A DNA stretch of 64,000 bases from a virus (IMGVR_UViG_2534681837_000002:13498-77497); one strand, 5' to 3'. Shown: positions 1 through 10,129, counted from the first letter of the stretch. Translations and numbers: made by a program. Notes: generated from the sequence alone by a model not told the origin.

Positions 1-535
1 TACGTATTTCAAAAGTTGTAGCAAAACGAAGCATCCTTTCAATATCGTTCAGTTGTCCAGGCATGCATTTTCCGGCAAGTTCCTTTGGATGGCAATAAAT
101 AGAGTTTTTACCTTTTATACCTTCCGGGGCTTCACCAGGAAACATCGGCTGTTTTATTTCATAACCGTAGGCATCCAGCATGCTTACTATTTCTTTATAA
201 AATGCAGCATAAAAGATATCATTATTATCTTTTACATGAATGCATATGTTGAATTTCTGCAATAAATGCAAGTTTGATTCTGGGGTTTCCACTTGGGGCA
301 GTAAATCCATATCAAACCCGAAACAATTCGTCAACCCATACAACGTGTTGTCTTTTATACCAGGCAGTTCCATGAATTCAGCATCGGGAAGTACAGAAGC
401 TGTATAGCCATAATCACCGCCTGAACCAAGTTCTTGTATCTTACAAACTGTACCTTTTAATGACACATCATCGGGACGTTCCGGATCATTTAATATAATA
501 CGGGCACCTACATAAATATCTTTTATTGTTATCAT
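1..535 (-). CDS. Hypothetical protein, 3'-truncated by window edge (MITIKDIYVG...), contains YCHP-motif domain
   Basis: Read by eye: ATG at 535, open to position 1, absent from ORF track because no stop; C-terminal YCHPKELAG...IERML..TTF resembles the 37473-38122 protein. Confidence 0.75.
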   Translation of the reverse strand, partial: MITIKDIYVGARIILNDPERPDDVSLKGTVCKIQELGSGGDYGYTASVLPDAEFMELPGIKDNTLYGLTNCFGFDMDLLPQVETPESNLHLLQKFNICIHVKDNNDIFYAAFYKEIVSMLDAYGYEIKQPMFPGEAPEGIKGKNSIYCHPKELAGKCMPGQLNDIERMLRFATTFEIR

Positions 536-546
536 TGTTTCTTGTT

Positions 547-1143
547 TTAGTTAATATGATAATTAGTCTGATTTAAAGTTGCAACAAGGCAATTGCCACG
601 GAAAACATAGAAGCATTTTTTTTCGACTTTGGCTTTAGCTTCAAGATCTGCCCAACTTTTGACATCATCTTGAATGATCACACTATGAAGCCCATCCTTA
701 TCTAATGTTTTAAGGGTCAGCCCCTCCATACCATTTTTTCTTTTCTGAGCGATGTAACGCAAATAGGCTGGTGAAGATATATTAACAATCCCATCAGTCC
801 CTTTAGAAAACCAGCAACCATCCTGATAAAGAAACACATAGTAACCAAGTGCGAAGAAAGCGTCTTTGGAAGGGCAAGTTTCGGCACGATTACCTTTGGG
901 CTTATTGTTATTATCGCGGATATAGGCGTCACAATGAACTTTATCATTGTCATTGGTGTATTTACCATAAGGGGTTGCCCCCAACTTGTATAGGTTTCCC
1001 AGAGCCAATAAGTCATCTACCCGTTTTTCGGTTTTATAAAAATTCTTCAGACATATTCCTGTTGTGTAAGAATAGACATTGTAATCAACATTGATGTGTT
1101 GTACCTGCCCATTCGGGAGGAGTTTTCCAATATACATTTCCAT
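547..1143 (-). CDS. Hypothetical phage protein (198 aa)
   Basis: Long ORF co-oriented and closely packed with neighbours. Confidence 0.75.
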   Translation of the reverse strand: MEMYIGKLLPNGQVQHINVDYNVYSYTTGICLKNFYKTEKRVDDLLALGNLYKLGATPYGKYTNDNDKVHCDAYIRDNNNKPKGNRAETCPSKDAFFALGYYVFLYQDGCWFSKGTDGIVNISSPAYLRYIAQKRKNGMEGLTLKTLDKDGLHSVIIQDDVKSWADLEAKAKVEKKCFYVFRGNCLVATLNQTNYHIN

Positions 1144-1159
1144 TAGTTCATATATTTAG

Positions 1160-1774
1160 TCAGTTATTAATTCCATTCAATGATACAGCATGAAATGCTG
1201 AATAGTAAGCCTCATCTTCTTTATCCTGCTTCAGCCCGATATACCGGCTTGTCGTTGATAAATCTGCATGATTCAAGAGTCCCTTTAGGGTCAGCATTGC
1301 CTCGGTGCTACAGTCCTGAGACTCGAAATAGTAACGTGCAAATGTTTTACGCAGGGAGTGAGTGGAGAACGCGCCAACATTCAATCGGTATTTCACCCGG
1401 AAATATTTCAATTTCCTATTGATGTAGTCCTTTCCATAAGCCTTGCCCGTTCTGGGGTTAAGGAAAAAAGGCTGGTTAATGTCCGGACTACCGAGCAACT
1501 GGTAGAAAAAAGCGATTTCTTGGGTCAGACCGGTTTCCAGTTTGATTCGTCGTCCTTTAGTAGTCTTCTGTTCAACCTTCATCAATTCTTTGTGATTGAG
1601 AAGGTCACTCCATTTCAAAGTGAGGACATCCGAAACTCTAAGAGCCGTATAAAATGAAATTCTACAATAGAACTCCCATGAATACAATTTATCTATATGC
1701 AGACCTTCCAAAAAGCGAATGAATTCCTCTATCGGCAGGTAGTCTGATGTTGTTTTCTGGCCTTTCATTCCCAT
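1160..1774 (-). CDS. Tyrosine recombinase, catalytic domain only (204 aa)
   Basis: Catalytic residues present: R (ALRVSD), K (EQKT), HxxR (HSLRKT), H (LNHAD), Y (SRYIG). Confidence 0.92.
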   Translation of the reverse strand: MGMKGQKTTSDYLPIEEFIRFLEGLHIDKLYSWEFYCRISFYTALRVSDVLTLKWSDLLNHKELMKVEQKTTKGRRIKLETGLTQEIAFFYQLLGSPDINQPFFLNPRTGKAYGKDYINRKLKYFRVKYRLNVGAFSTHSLRKTFARYYFESQDCSTEAMLTLKGLLNHADLSTTSRYIGLKQDKEDEAYYSAFHAVSLNGINN

Positions 1775-1780
1775 AGCATG

Positions 1781-2038
1781 TTATTTTAAGTTTAGCTGTA
1801 AGACTCGCTGTGTGACAATGTCTCTGGCCCCTAATCGGTTCCATGCCCGCTTTCCACGCACACGGTTGATGATGGATGCACTTTTAAGTATAGAGAGGCA
1901 GTCGTCCACACAGTTGATAATTTCGGATATTTCTTCGGGATTGTCTCCCTCGGCCTGGCAAACTTTTGCCATGACACGTACCTCCTCTACGGTCATTATT
2001 GAAAGACCGGGGAAGGTTGTCTTGCTTTGATTTATCAT
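1781..2038 (-). CDS. Hypothetical protein (85 aa)
   Basis: ORF immediately upstream of recombinase. Confidence 0.6.
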   Translation of the reverse strand: MINQSKTTFPGLSIMTVEEVRVMAKVCQAEGDNPEEISEIINCVDDCLSILKSASIINRVRGKRAWNRLGARDIVTQRVLQLNLK

Positions 2039-2072
2039 ATTTCAAATTATTTACAAGTTGACAAATGGGCAT

Positions 2073-2105
2073 AAAAAAGACGGTAGACTATTTAGGTCTA
2101 CCGTC
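2073..2105 (-). terminator. Intrinsic terminator after thioredoxin-like gene
   Basis: Perfect 10-bp stem gacggtagac (2079-2088)/gtctaccgtc (2096-2105) followed by T6 on minus strand. Confidence 0.85.
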
Positions 2106-2159
2106 GAATAAAGGTTAGAAGGAGTGTGTTTGGGAGAAATATATAGTCTTAGAGATTCA

Positions 2160-2669
2160 TTATTTACTCAAATATGGCTTTAAAAGTTCAAAATATTCAT
2201 CATCTTTCATCTCCCAATTGGTTTGTGCAATGGGCTTATTGTTTTTGTCAAGTATGCAAAAGTCAGAGGCTCCCATTTTATCTGAATTTACACCCAATTG
2301 CTTTTTCAGATATTTGCAGGTAGCCTTTATCGGGTTATAAAAGCTGACCAATTTCCTTTTTCTGTTCTGATTAATTAAATACATCGCTGATGTAACTTTG
2401 CAGGTGTCAGCATATTGCACTACTTCAAGACTATCCTGTGCACATATAAAAAACACATCGATATTCTCATTATTCCGGGTAGCCTTCACCACTTCCGGGT
2501 ATCGTATTTGAGAAGCCTGACAATAATTACAAAATACATAAATGAGTTTGTAGCTCTTGTCAGATTGCTTAATTTGCTCCGCAAGCATTTCATCTCCAAC
2601 ATTTTTAATCTGCGCTTGAAGATTAGTTGTTGTAAACAACAAAATTAAGAAGGTGTATACAAGTCTCAT
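2160..2669 (-). CDS. Exported thioredoxin-fold protein (CxxC)
   Basis: Signal-peptide-like N-terminus (LLFTTTNLQAQ), FCNYC motif after a beta-strand (LIYVF). Confidence 0.65.
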   Translation of the reverse strand: MRLVYTFLILLFTTTNLQAQIKNVGDEMLAEQIKQSDKSYKLIYVFCNYCQASQIRYPEVVKATRNNENIDVFFICAQDSLEVVQYADTCKVTSAMYLINQNRKRKLVSFYNPIKATCKYLKKQLGVNSDKMGASDFCILDKNNKPIAQTNWEMKDDEYFELLKPYLSK

Positions 2670-2672
2670 TTT

Positions 2673-3326
2673 CTATTCAATTTTGTCGAGCAATTTGATC
2701 CGATATCCACCATTATCACCAAGGGCCGAATCATATAAAATAGGCCCAGCTTCAACTTTATAAGTCTCAGTTGCGAAAAGTTCGACCTGGCACTCTGTTG
2801 CAAGAGCTTCACTATTAGGAGAAGCAACAACCACTTCATTTACTTCAGCCATTGTTACATCATCTTTAACCCAATAGATGTCATCATCTATCTTTAGTGA
2901 AGACATTTCTACTGTTGTGCCTTCAGGCAAAGGTTTGGCAAGTAACATATTTGCCTCGTAAGTGTTTGTACTTTCGTCCAGCACTACTTCAAATAAATAT
3001 TCGTCAGGGGCAACGGCCTGTTCCAACGCAGCAACAGAACTACTTTTAGGGAACAACTTGAAATCACACAATCCGAATCCGCGGTTGCACCCTTTGCTTT
3101 TGCGAGCAATTCTTGCACTAATTAGTCCTTTCGTTTTTTTGTTTGGTGGCATTGTAGGGTTAGTTCTGGTAGTAACAGATAGCAAGTTGCTAAACTCCAC
3201 TTGAGATACAAAATCATCTTCCAAAAGTTCTGATGGATTCTGAACTAATTGATTCTCTTCCGAAGAACAAGCTACCAACATGCCCATTCCCAATGAGCAT
3301 AAGGCTACAAATAATTTCATTTTCAT
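2673..3326 (-). CDS. Lipoprotein with GCNRGFGLC cysteine pair
   Basis: Likely start MKMKLF at 3326; lipobox LVA-C followed by SSEEN. Confidence 0.7.
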   Translation of the reverse strand: MKMKLFVALCSLGMGMLVACSSEENQLVQNPSELLEDDFVSQVEFSNLLSVTTRTNPTMPPNKKTKGLISARIARKSKGCNRGFGLCDFKLFPKSSSVAALEQAVAPDEYLFEVVLDESTNTYEANMLLAKPLPEGTTVEMSSLKIDDDIYWVKDDVTMAEVNEVVVASPNSEALATECQVELFATETYKVEAGPILYDSALGDNGGYRIKLLDKIE

Positions 3327-3443
3327 AATAGTTAGTTTTAAGGGGTCAGTTAATTCTCTCAAATATACAATTTTCAACTGATATTCACTACCCTATTATC
3401 CATAATTAACACTGTTTTCTTAAAGAAATTCCTTGATTATCTT

Positions 3444-3451
3444 TATTTTTG
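3444..3451 (+). promoter_or_regulatory. Bacteroidetes sigma-A -7 box for the plus-strand lipoprotein
   Basis: TATTTTTG matches TAnnTTTG, just upstream of the ATG at 3464. Confidence 0.5.
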
Positions 3452-3463
3452 TAAATAAGGATA

Positions 3464-3757
3464 ATGTTTATGAGAAGATTAGTAAGATTTTGGATAATAG
3501 GAATGTTAGCCATACTCTGGGGATGCAGTTCACCAAAGATGGCCAACAGGTATCCTATTACTAATATTAATCAAGACTTAAGCCATTGGATTGCCATAGA
3601 TTCTGCCTCTGTATCCCATATCAGGAGTCGAAACACAGACTCCAAAATAGGAGATTATAATCTGAAACGACTGCGGGATAATTTGGACAAAGAAAAAGAC
3701 AATCCTTATTGGGGCGAATCCATTTATTACATGTTGCAAGATCTGTTTAAAAAGTAA
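3464..3757 (+). CDS. Small lipoprotein (97 aa)
   Basis: Lipobox LWG-C after hydrophobic N-terminus. Confidence 0.65.
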   Translation: MFMRRLVRFWIIGMLAILWGCSSPKMANRYPITNINQDLSHWIAIDSASVSHIRSRNTDSKIGDYNLKRLRDNLDKEKDNPYWGESIYYMLQDLFKK

Positions 3758-3832
3758 TTCTTTATCTCATAATTATATATATTCCTTGGGACAACTTTCC
3801 AGGAAAGAGTATTGTTTTGTGAATCTTATCTG

Positions 3833-4984
3833 TTATATCCATTCACCTTCGGTTAATACAATTGCTGCTCTTTGAGAAATTACTTCCTGTTTATAGGCCT
3901 CATCTGCCAGTACCCAGTCGGACATATAATCAATGTCATCGTTACACGAATTGCAGTCGAGAATGATTAGTTTATCCGTCAGTACGGTAAATTCTTGTTT
4001 CAACAAGTCACATAAGTAAGTGCCATCCGGACTGCTGATGGTATACAAATCATTATCCAGCCGCGCTAACAACTCCTTTTGATTGGGGTAAACTAACAGG
4101 TATTTGTAGCCTTTACTTTGTTCTTCCCAAATTTGCTTGTGAAGTTGTTTGGGTGTTCTCGGAGTGCATGGGGTATCCTTGGGGAAAGATGAACGAGTGA
4201 AGGCATCTATTGATTCGGCATAAATCCGATAAAGAATGCCGTCGCGTTCTCTAATGGCTTCTTCGCGAGTCAGCCCGATATTGGATGATTCTTTCCCGTC
4301 AATGAAAAGTTGCAGCTCGGATTGGCGAAGCACATCATAGCGATCATAGTAATCGGGAAGCGTCTGTTCGATGAAGTTCCAAAATTTGTCCGTGATTGGG
4401 ATTGGTGCTGGATAACAGGTATTAATAAAATGGTTATCTTTAAGCCACTGGATGATGGTAGTCAGCCCGTCCAAACTTAAATGTTTGATGGGAACAAGAC
4501 CTGCCCTTCTGGGACTGCCCTCCAAATAACATAACACGCTGCCACTGTGATGATCATACTGTAGGGAAAATAACTTATAAAACTCATTAGTGGCAAATAG
4601 CCGGCTCGGACTACACAGCGCTACTTTAAGTGGAATGCTTTGTTTTGTCAAAACAGTGATTGTAGACTTTTCTACGCAGTATAAGGCTGTTTTAATTTGC
4701 CCGATTAGATATTCGCGCATTTTATCCGTTTGCTGCTGGACATCCATGAAGGGGGATTTAGTATCTTCAAGTAGATATGTCCAGCGGAAAACACCTTTTA
4801 CGGGAGTCATCACATCATTCGGCGTTTCATACCAGCAATTTGCATTGAAGTCATAGAACACTTTACATTTGTGTCCATCATCAAATAATGCCTGTACATC
4901 CACCGAGCAGTTACGTTCACTTCCTTCTAAATGTTCAGGAAAGTCATCTTTACCATGAAGTCCTACATGTTTATTCTTATTCAT
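3833..4984 (-). CDS. Hypothetical multidomain protein (383 aa)
   Basis: Long ORF; contains LSLDGLTTIIQWLK helix shared with 17637-19019. Confidence 0.8.
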   Translation of the reverse strand: MNKNKHVGLHGKDDFPEHLEGSERNCSVDVQALFDDGHKCKVFYDFNANCWYETPNDVMTPVKGVFRWTYLLEDTKSPFMDVQQQTDKMREYLIGQIKTALYCVEKSTITVLTKQSIPLKVALCSPSRLFATNEFYKLFSLQYDHHSGSVLCYLEGSPRRAGLVPIKHLSLDGLTTIIQWLKDNHFINTCYPAPIPITDKFWNFIEQTLPDYYDRYDVLRQSELQLFIDGKESSNIGLTREEAIRERDGILYRIYAESIDAFTRSSFPKDTPCTPRTPKQLHKQIWEEQSKGYKYLLVYPNQKELLARLDNDLYTISSPDGTYLCDLLKQEFTVLTDKLIILDCNSCNDDIDYMSDWVLADEAYKQEVISQRAAIVLTEGEWI

Positions 4985-5004
4985 ACTTGTATTCTTTTTA
5001 CCTT

Positions 5005-5214
5005 TTACCAGATTCTTATATCATAGTCATTAAAATAGCTCTCCAACTCTTTTAAGCCTTCTAAGCTATGCAGCCCATTTTCACCAATTACTGCAATATC
5101 AACAGATATTCCATAATCTTTTTTCACACTCACGTCCGAATTGCCAAAAACTTCCTTTACACATCCCGCGATATCGGACACCTCTTGATTGTTCTTTACG
5201 ATATTAAGTACCAT
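5005..5214 (-). CDS. Hypothetical protein (69 aa)
   Basis: ORF fits operon packing. Confidence 0.6.
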   Translation of the reverse strand: MVLNIVKNNQEVSDIAGCVKEVFGNSDVSVKKDYGISVDIAVIGENGLHSLEGLKELESYFNDYDIRIW

Positions 5215-5237
5215 TCGATTTTGTTTTTAGTTTATTG

Positions 5238-6011
5238 TTAACTACCAACTGGAGAATGCTTCCGATAATATTTCAAAAGCTGTTCTTGCTCATCGGGAAG
5301 CATACTGTTGAACCAGCGAATGAAATCGCACTCATTGCGATACCATGCACTGATAAGATTATTCACATCGAATTTGCAATCTTTGCTCAGTCCATTAAAA
5401 GCAACGCAAATATCATTGTGCAAGTCGAGATAAGAACGCTTTCTCTTAAAGCGGGAAGAGATATGCTCCAGCAACTTCCGGTTCTCTTCATTCTTCATCG
5501 TCACTTTATCTACAGGAGAAAGGGCCGATATGCCTTGTGAGCCGATAGTAATGTTCTCGGATTCTGCAAACTTCTCGATTCTTGCCCGTCCTTCGTCGCT
5601 GACCGGATTATAGTAGGTAACTTGCCGGTTCGGGGCGATGTGGGCTACTTGCATATAGTCGTGATTCTGTGTTCGTAGCTTATCGCAAACGGACACACCA
5701 TTGCCCATAAAGCCGAACATCAGTTCTTCCTGGAATAAAGGCATCCCGAAATAGTGATGCTTGATGAAGCGTTCCAACAGAAGATTAGAATCATACGTAG
5801 TCTGGTCGATATGCTGACAGATGGCGTCCTCTTGATTGAGAACAAAGTATTCGTAATAACTTTGCAGAGTGAATAACTTCACGTAACCATTTCCTCTCAG
5901 GTGGGTTACCAGAACGAGTGCCTGGTGCTCTACCTGAATGTTTAGGAGATCAAACTGTTCTGACGGCTTGTTGCCGGATATACTTTCGAGTATTACAATG
6001 CTATTATTCAT
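5238..6011 (-). CDS. Hypothetical protein with polyvalent-protein-like domain (GNGVSV...DYMQVAHI)
   Basis: Long ORF; motif recalled from large polyvalent proteins of mobile elements. Confidence 0.7.
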   Translation of the reverse strand: MNNSIVILESISGNKPSEQFDLLNIQVEHQALVLVTHLRGNGYVKLFTLQSYYEYFVLNQEDAICQHIDQTTYDSNLLLERFIKHHYFGMPLFQEELMFGFMGNGVSVCDKLRTQNHDYMQVAHIAPNRQVTYYNPVSDEGRARIEKFAESENITIGSQGISALSPVDKVTMKNEENRKLLEHISSRFKRKRSYLDLHNDICVAFNGLSKDCKFDVNNLISAWYRNECDFIRWFNSMLPDEQEQLLKYYRKHSPVGS

Positions 6012-6714
6012 GGTTCTTTGCTATTTGTTCAATGATAGTATCAGTTATCTCGTCCTCATATTCGCCGAAAGGAGAATTCTTGACGGTGTAGTAGTTGACC
6101 TTAAACTTATCACATACATCTTTGCAGACCTGTTTGTAGGCTTGTGAAGCGAAATCGTGGGCAAGCTGGTCGTGCGTGTCCGAAGAACAGTCGTAATCGC
6201 AAAACGGACATCGATACCGTTCGATAAGCCCTTTGCCTACAGGGGCATCGTCAATCTCGTATATCAATGGCCCATCGCAATCGGGACACAATTCATTGTC
6301 ATAGCTTTTGCACACTGCATTCTCTAACTCTTTGAGCAGGCTGGCTCCTTGCGGCAGGATGCCCAGGCTCGGCTTCTGAAATTCTTCCCGGAGCTCTTCA
6401 AAAGATAAACTTTCGTCCGGGCCGAAGTTGCAGTCTTCGATATCGACATACCCCTTTGAGGGCATAGGGATTTCCTGAAACGTCAGGATAGTGCCGCCGT
6501 GATTGACACAAACCGAGGGCTCAATAGTCGAGAGCTGATTCCCATCATCACTTTCCCGGACATCATAGGCATAGATGCCTTCGGGAAGTGAGTCGCGTTC
6601 AATTCTGCTAATTGTGAACATGACGAGAATGCCGTTAAGACGGGCTGCTTTGTAAGAATCTTCATGGTTATAAAATACTGGTTCCATTATATTTTGTTTT
6701 TTAGGGTTTAACAT
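6004..6714 (-). CDS. LPD28-like domain protein with C-terminal CxxC...CxxC zinc finger
   Basis: YAYDVRESDD..STIEPSVCVNHGGTILT resembles LPD28; CPDC...CPFC. Confidence 0.65.
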   Translation of the reverse strand: MLNPKKQNIMEPVFYNHEDSYKAARLNGILVMFTISRIERDSLPEGIYAYDVRESDDGNQLSTIEPSVCVNHGGTILTFQEIPMPSKGYVDIEDCNFGPDESLSFEELREEFQKPSLGILPQGASLLKELENAVCKSYDNELCPDCDGPLIYEIDDAPVGKGLIERYRCPFCDYDCSSDTHDQLAHDFASQAYKQVCKDVCDKFKVNYYTVKNSPFGEYEDEITDTIIEQIAKNHE

Positions 6715-6723
6715 TCGGGGGTA

Positions 6724-7401
6724 CTATTGTGCCTGACGTTCGGAGGGTCGGATATATCCATGGCGTTCCAAATAGTCAATGATATCAATCAATGACTTCT
6801 CATGGAAGGATTCAAGTTCCATTTCGTTTTCCGGCTCATTATACAAGGATGCTGTCACTGATTCGCCGGATATATAGAGGAAATTCAGTTCATCAGAACA
6901 TTCGCAATCAACGTTGTAAGCAACAGTTAAGTCGAACTGGTCTTTGTTAATATATAGTTTTTCTCCGTTTTGGGGAAGCGCACTTTTTATGCAATCAATC
7001 ATTTCGGCTTTAAGGGCATCTCGCCTGATTTCAAATGTTTTACTTGCTTTTACGGTTGTCTCCAGTCCAAGTACATGCCAGAGGAATTTAATGATAACTT
7101 CGTTGGAACTGTCATACACTCTGAATCCGGTGCGCAGTTGTCCTGTTTCGTCATCATAACCACTTACAAGAATCATGTCGTCATTTAAGTAGACGGATGT
7201 TATCCGGATGTAGGGTCTATCATGTCGGCCTTCAAAGATGGCACAAACCGGAAAATTCTCGTCGTTCAGCTCTTCGTCACCGTTGAGCTGCATGGAGACT
7301 TTTCCGCCATGCTCCCGCAGGCAATCTTTGATAAATGGCTGTGCCCCATTCAGGAAAAGATTGAGATAGGATGTGATTTGATAGAAATCCTGTAAATTCA
7401 T
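6724..7401 (-). CDS. Hypothetical protein (225 aa)
   Basis: Long ORF in operon. Confidence 0.75.
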   Translation of the reverse strand: MNLQDFYQITSYLNLFLNGAQPFIKDCLREHGGKVSMQLNGDEELNDENFPVCAIFEGRHDRPYIRITSVYLNDDMILVSGYDDETGQLRTGFRVYDSSNEVIIKFLWHVLGLETTVKASKTFEIRRDALKAEMIDCIKSALPQNGEKLYINKDQFDLTVAYNVDCECSDELNFLYISGESVTASLYNEPENEMELESFHEKSLIDIIDYLERHGYIRPSERQAQ

Positions 7402-7501
7402 TGCTGTTAGTCTTTATAGTTTGGTGAATACTTGAATATATAAAAGCTGGTGCTGATAATGATAACCTGCACCGGACAAGAATAGAAGACTTAAGCTTAG
7501 C

Positions 7502-8344
7502 TTAGTCCAAAGAGGGTAAATCTTTTATGAATTGTTTTACTTTTTGCTCAATGAAGGCGTCTACGGTAAAGATGTAATCATTCTTATCCCAATCAGTGTA
7601 TCTATGTAAGCTCATGAAGCTGTCTGCCCACGAGACCATTTTGCCAACAAGCTCGCGTGAATCAATCTCGAATTGGTCGAGCAAATGTTGGGCACCGACG
7701 CTATATGCTATATCAGCCAGCACTTCGTCACGGTCACTGCTTTTTATGCCTATCGGACCGCCGTAATCTTGTCTGATTTTTACTCGCTCACTGAATGACA
7801 ATTTGTTCCAAAAAGCATTGTAATGGTCAGTACTGCCATCAGTAGCAGGCGGAAGCCCGGTAATCTCCTCTAACGCCGAAACATCCCGCATGTTCCACCA
7901 TTCCTGCAATTCGTGTTGCAGGTTTCCCTGAGTGATTGGTTCAACGTACCGTTTGCATGCATTGCAATAGCAATCTCCTTCTTTATCTAATTCTGCATTA
8001 CAGTATTCGACAAAGGCGCCGTTAAAATCGGGGTTTACCCAAGCTTTGACCAGGATATTTGGAGAAGCACACCAATTACACACTAAATTCTCGGTCTGAA
8101 TTCTGTTACTGTTTCCACAATAGACCTTATTGGCTCGTTCGACAAGTAGCTTACGGTTGTGTTCTGTAAGTGAGAAGTAAAAACGTTCGGCAGCTCCATG
8201 GGCAGTCTGGGTAGTGAAGGAATCCCATTTTTGCCAAAAATGAAGATAGTTATTGCCAAACACTTTCTCACACTCTTTATCATCCCACATACTGCTCATG
8301 TAGTAGAAGTAACTACTTACTATGGTTTGTATTCCAGTTTTCAT
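7502..8344 (-). CDS. Hypothetical protein with CxxC..AWVNP..CxC zinc-finger domain
   Basis: Likely start MKTGIQ at 8344, avoiding overlap with next gene; domain shared with 17637-19019. Confidence 0.75.
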   Translation of the reverse strand: MKTGIQTIVSSYFYYMSSMWDDKECEKVFGNNYLHFWQKWDSFTTQTAHGAAERFYFSLTEHNRKLLVERANKVYCGNSNRIQTENLVCNWCASPNILVKAWVNPDFNGAFVEYCNAELDKEGDCYCNACKRYVEPITQGNLQHELQEWWNMRDVSALEEITGLPPATDGSTDHYNAFWNKLSFSERVKIRQDYGGPIGIKSSDRDEVLADIAYSVGAQHLLDQFEIDSRELVGKMVSWADSFMSLHRYTDWDKNDYIFTVDAFIEQKVKQFIKDLPSLD

Positions 8345-8354
8345 TTGATTTTGT

Positions 8355-8630
8355 TTAGGATTCATCTGCATTTTCACATAATTCGCCTGTATAAGGCGAA
8401 TAAATTGTTCCACTCTCTGCCGCCCCGGGGTCTACACCAAACAAGGCGATGCCCGGTTCGTAATACAACTCCAATTCACAAGGTTCCAAAGCTTTACTCT
8501 CTGCTGCATCGCGAGTCATGCCGCCTATCATCAGGTCTTCGACTCTGCGTGTATAAGCTAAGGGTGTCTCAATTGGAGTTAAATGAATCATTACCGATTC
8601 ATATTGATCTGAATTATTAAGCTTTACCAT
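8355..8630 (-). CDS. Conserved hypothetical protein (IYSPYTGE motif)
   Basis: ORF in operon; resembles Bacteroides mobile-element proteins. Confidence 0.7.
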   Translation of the reverse strand: MVKLNNSDQYESVMIHLTPIETPLAYTRRVEDLMIGGMTRDAAESKALEPCELELYYEPGIALFGVDPGAAESGTIYSPYTGELCENADES

Positions 8631-8636
8631 ACTGAT

Positions 8637-8903
8637 TTATTGTTTTGATTCTTCATTGTTTTCAGATTCCTCCGGATGGAGGATTTCAATTTTGTAGCAA
8701 AGCATCAGGTAATCGTCTTCAATACCCATATTCCACCAACGCCCCACATAATATTTGTGTGCTTCTTCTTCGGTAAGGCGTATAGGAGTGGTAAAATAAT
8801 CCTCTTTGCCCTGCTTATCCCTCAAAAAGACTTTCACGTAGATAAAGGGAAGTAATTCTTCCTTCTTTTTCTTTCCGGATATTGTACTGACACTTGTATT
8901 CAT
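8637..8903 (-). CDS. Hypothetical phage protein (YYVG.WNMG..D..C motif)
   Basis: Likely start MNTSV at 8903. Confidence 0.65.
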   Translation of the reverse strand: MNTSVSTISGKKKKEELLPFIYVKVFLRDKQGKEDYFTTPIRLTEEEAHKYYVGRWWNMGIEDDYLMLCYKIEILHPEESENNEESKQ

Positions 8904-8922
8904 AGGATAATGTATTAAGAGA

Positions 8923-9543
8923 TTAGGAAAAGGATACTTCACTATAACGTTTATCTGCACCTATGCAAACTTTGATTGCAAAGGTTTCGCCATACTGGGA
9001 AGCATCTGAAATCAGGATACCGCAGGTCTCACCAAAGGAGAAACGCTTAGCGAGAGCTTTGTCTACGGCCATCAAATATTGCTCTTTGGTTGCAGGCTCT
9101 GAACCACAATAGGAAAACCCATTGTCCCAACAAAAATTGAATGCCTGTCCACCCCGGAGAGATAGGTTCAGAATCTCTGCACGGGTGAGCAAGTGCCTGT
9201 CAACTATAAACTTTACCTTATCGGGGGCTTTTATAAGAAGCTCGTCATTTTCACTGTAGTAAAGATTGGCTTTTGCCATTTTTTTGATGAATGAACATTT
9301 GGCCTCTTTATCTGCTTCTTCTGCTTCAACAATGGTACATTTCGGCAGATGAACATATAATTGGTTGTTTATGTCGAAATAAACGCAGCTCAGATAAACC
9401 GGATGGTATTTGGTTATCTGGTTGGAGTCCTTTTGGTATTGGGAACTTTTCACGGCTATTATGCCGGAAAGGTTCACCTTTCTGCCATTGGAAAACATAC
9501 CATCACCAACGACCATGCTTCCTTTAATTTTTAAGACTTTCAT
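8923..9543 (-). CDS. Hypothetical protein (206 aa)
   Basis: Long ORF. Confidence 0.75.
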   Translation of the reverse strand: MKVLKIKGSMVVGDGMFSNGRKVNLSGIIAVKSSQYQKDSNQITKYHPVYLSCVYFDINNQLYVHLPKCTIVEAEEADKEAKCSFIKKMAKANLYYSENDELLIKAPDKVKFIVDRHLLTRAEILNLSLRGGQAFNFCWDNGFSYCGSEPATKEQYLMAVDKALAKRFSFGETCGILISDASQYGETFAIKVCIGADKRYSEVSFS

Positions 9544-9634
9544 ATTATCACGTTTTATAATTAAAGTATTCTAACTTAGAACAACGCCCGGAATACAGGA
9601 TATGGACGCCCTTAACGATACCTATAAGAGAGAA

Positions 9635-9798
9635 TTAATATTCCCACCCTTTGTATATCTTGTCAGCGTTGGGCAATTTCGAACGGCGTATCCATTTGTT
9701 TCGTGCTTTCTTCATGCTTTTTCTGCGTAACATGGTCGAACGCTTATCTTTTTTTCAAAATAGCCTTCAAGTTTCTCTAATTGCTTTTTATAACTCAT
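9635..9798 (-). pseudogene. Small basic protein interrupted by a frameshift in an A5 run
   Basis: MSYKKQLEK...CYAEK then one base short of the frame MKKARNKWIRRSKLPNADKIYKGWEY*. Confidence 0.4.
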
Positions 9799-9811
9799 GG
9801 TTGTTTTATGG

Positions 9812-10129
9812 TTAAGTCCATATCTGTTTAGGAACTCTTTGAACTCCAAGATTATGAATCGGAGTTATAAATTTCAGACAATCGTAATACAGAAACCCAC
9901 CTTCATCCAAGATACTTTGCAGTGAATTGATTCCACCGCTTGGAGTATAGGGTACACTGTCTTCTTCAAATGCCACATATCCTTTGCCTTCGATGTAGAA
10001 GCAGTGTCCGGAAGTAGATATCCCTACACGCTCACTCTTCCTGAACTTGTAATCATGGTCAATCTTTACGATTTCCAATTTCTCATTCAACTCTATGGTT
10101 TCTGGAGTTCTCTTGAAGTTTTTTCCCAT
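9812..10129 (-). CDS. Hypothetical protein (105 aa)
   Basis: ORF in operon. Confidence 0.65.
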   Translation of the reverse strand: MGKNFKRTPETIELNEKLEIVKIDHDYKFRKSERVGISTSGHCFYIEGKGYVAFEEDSVPYTPSGGINSLQSILDEGGFLYYDCLKFITPIHNLGVQRVPKQIWT

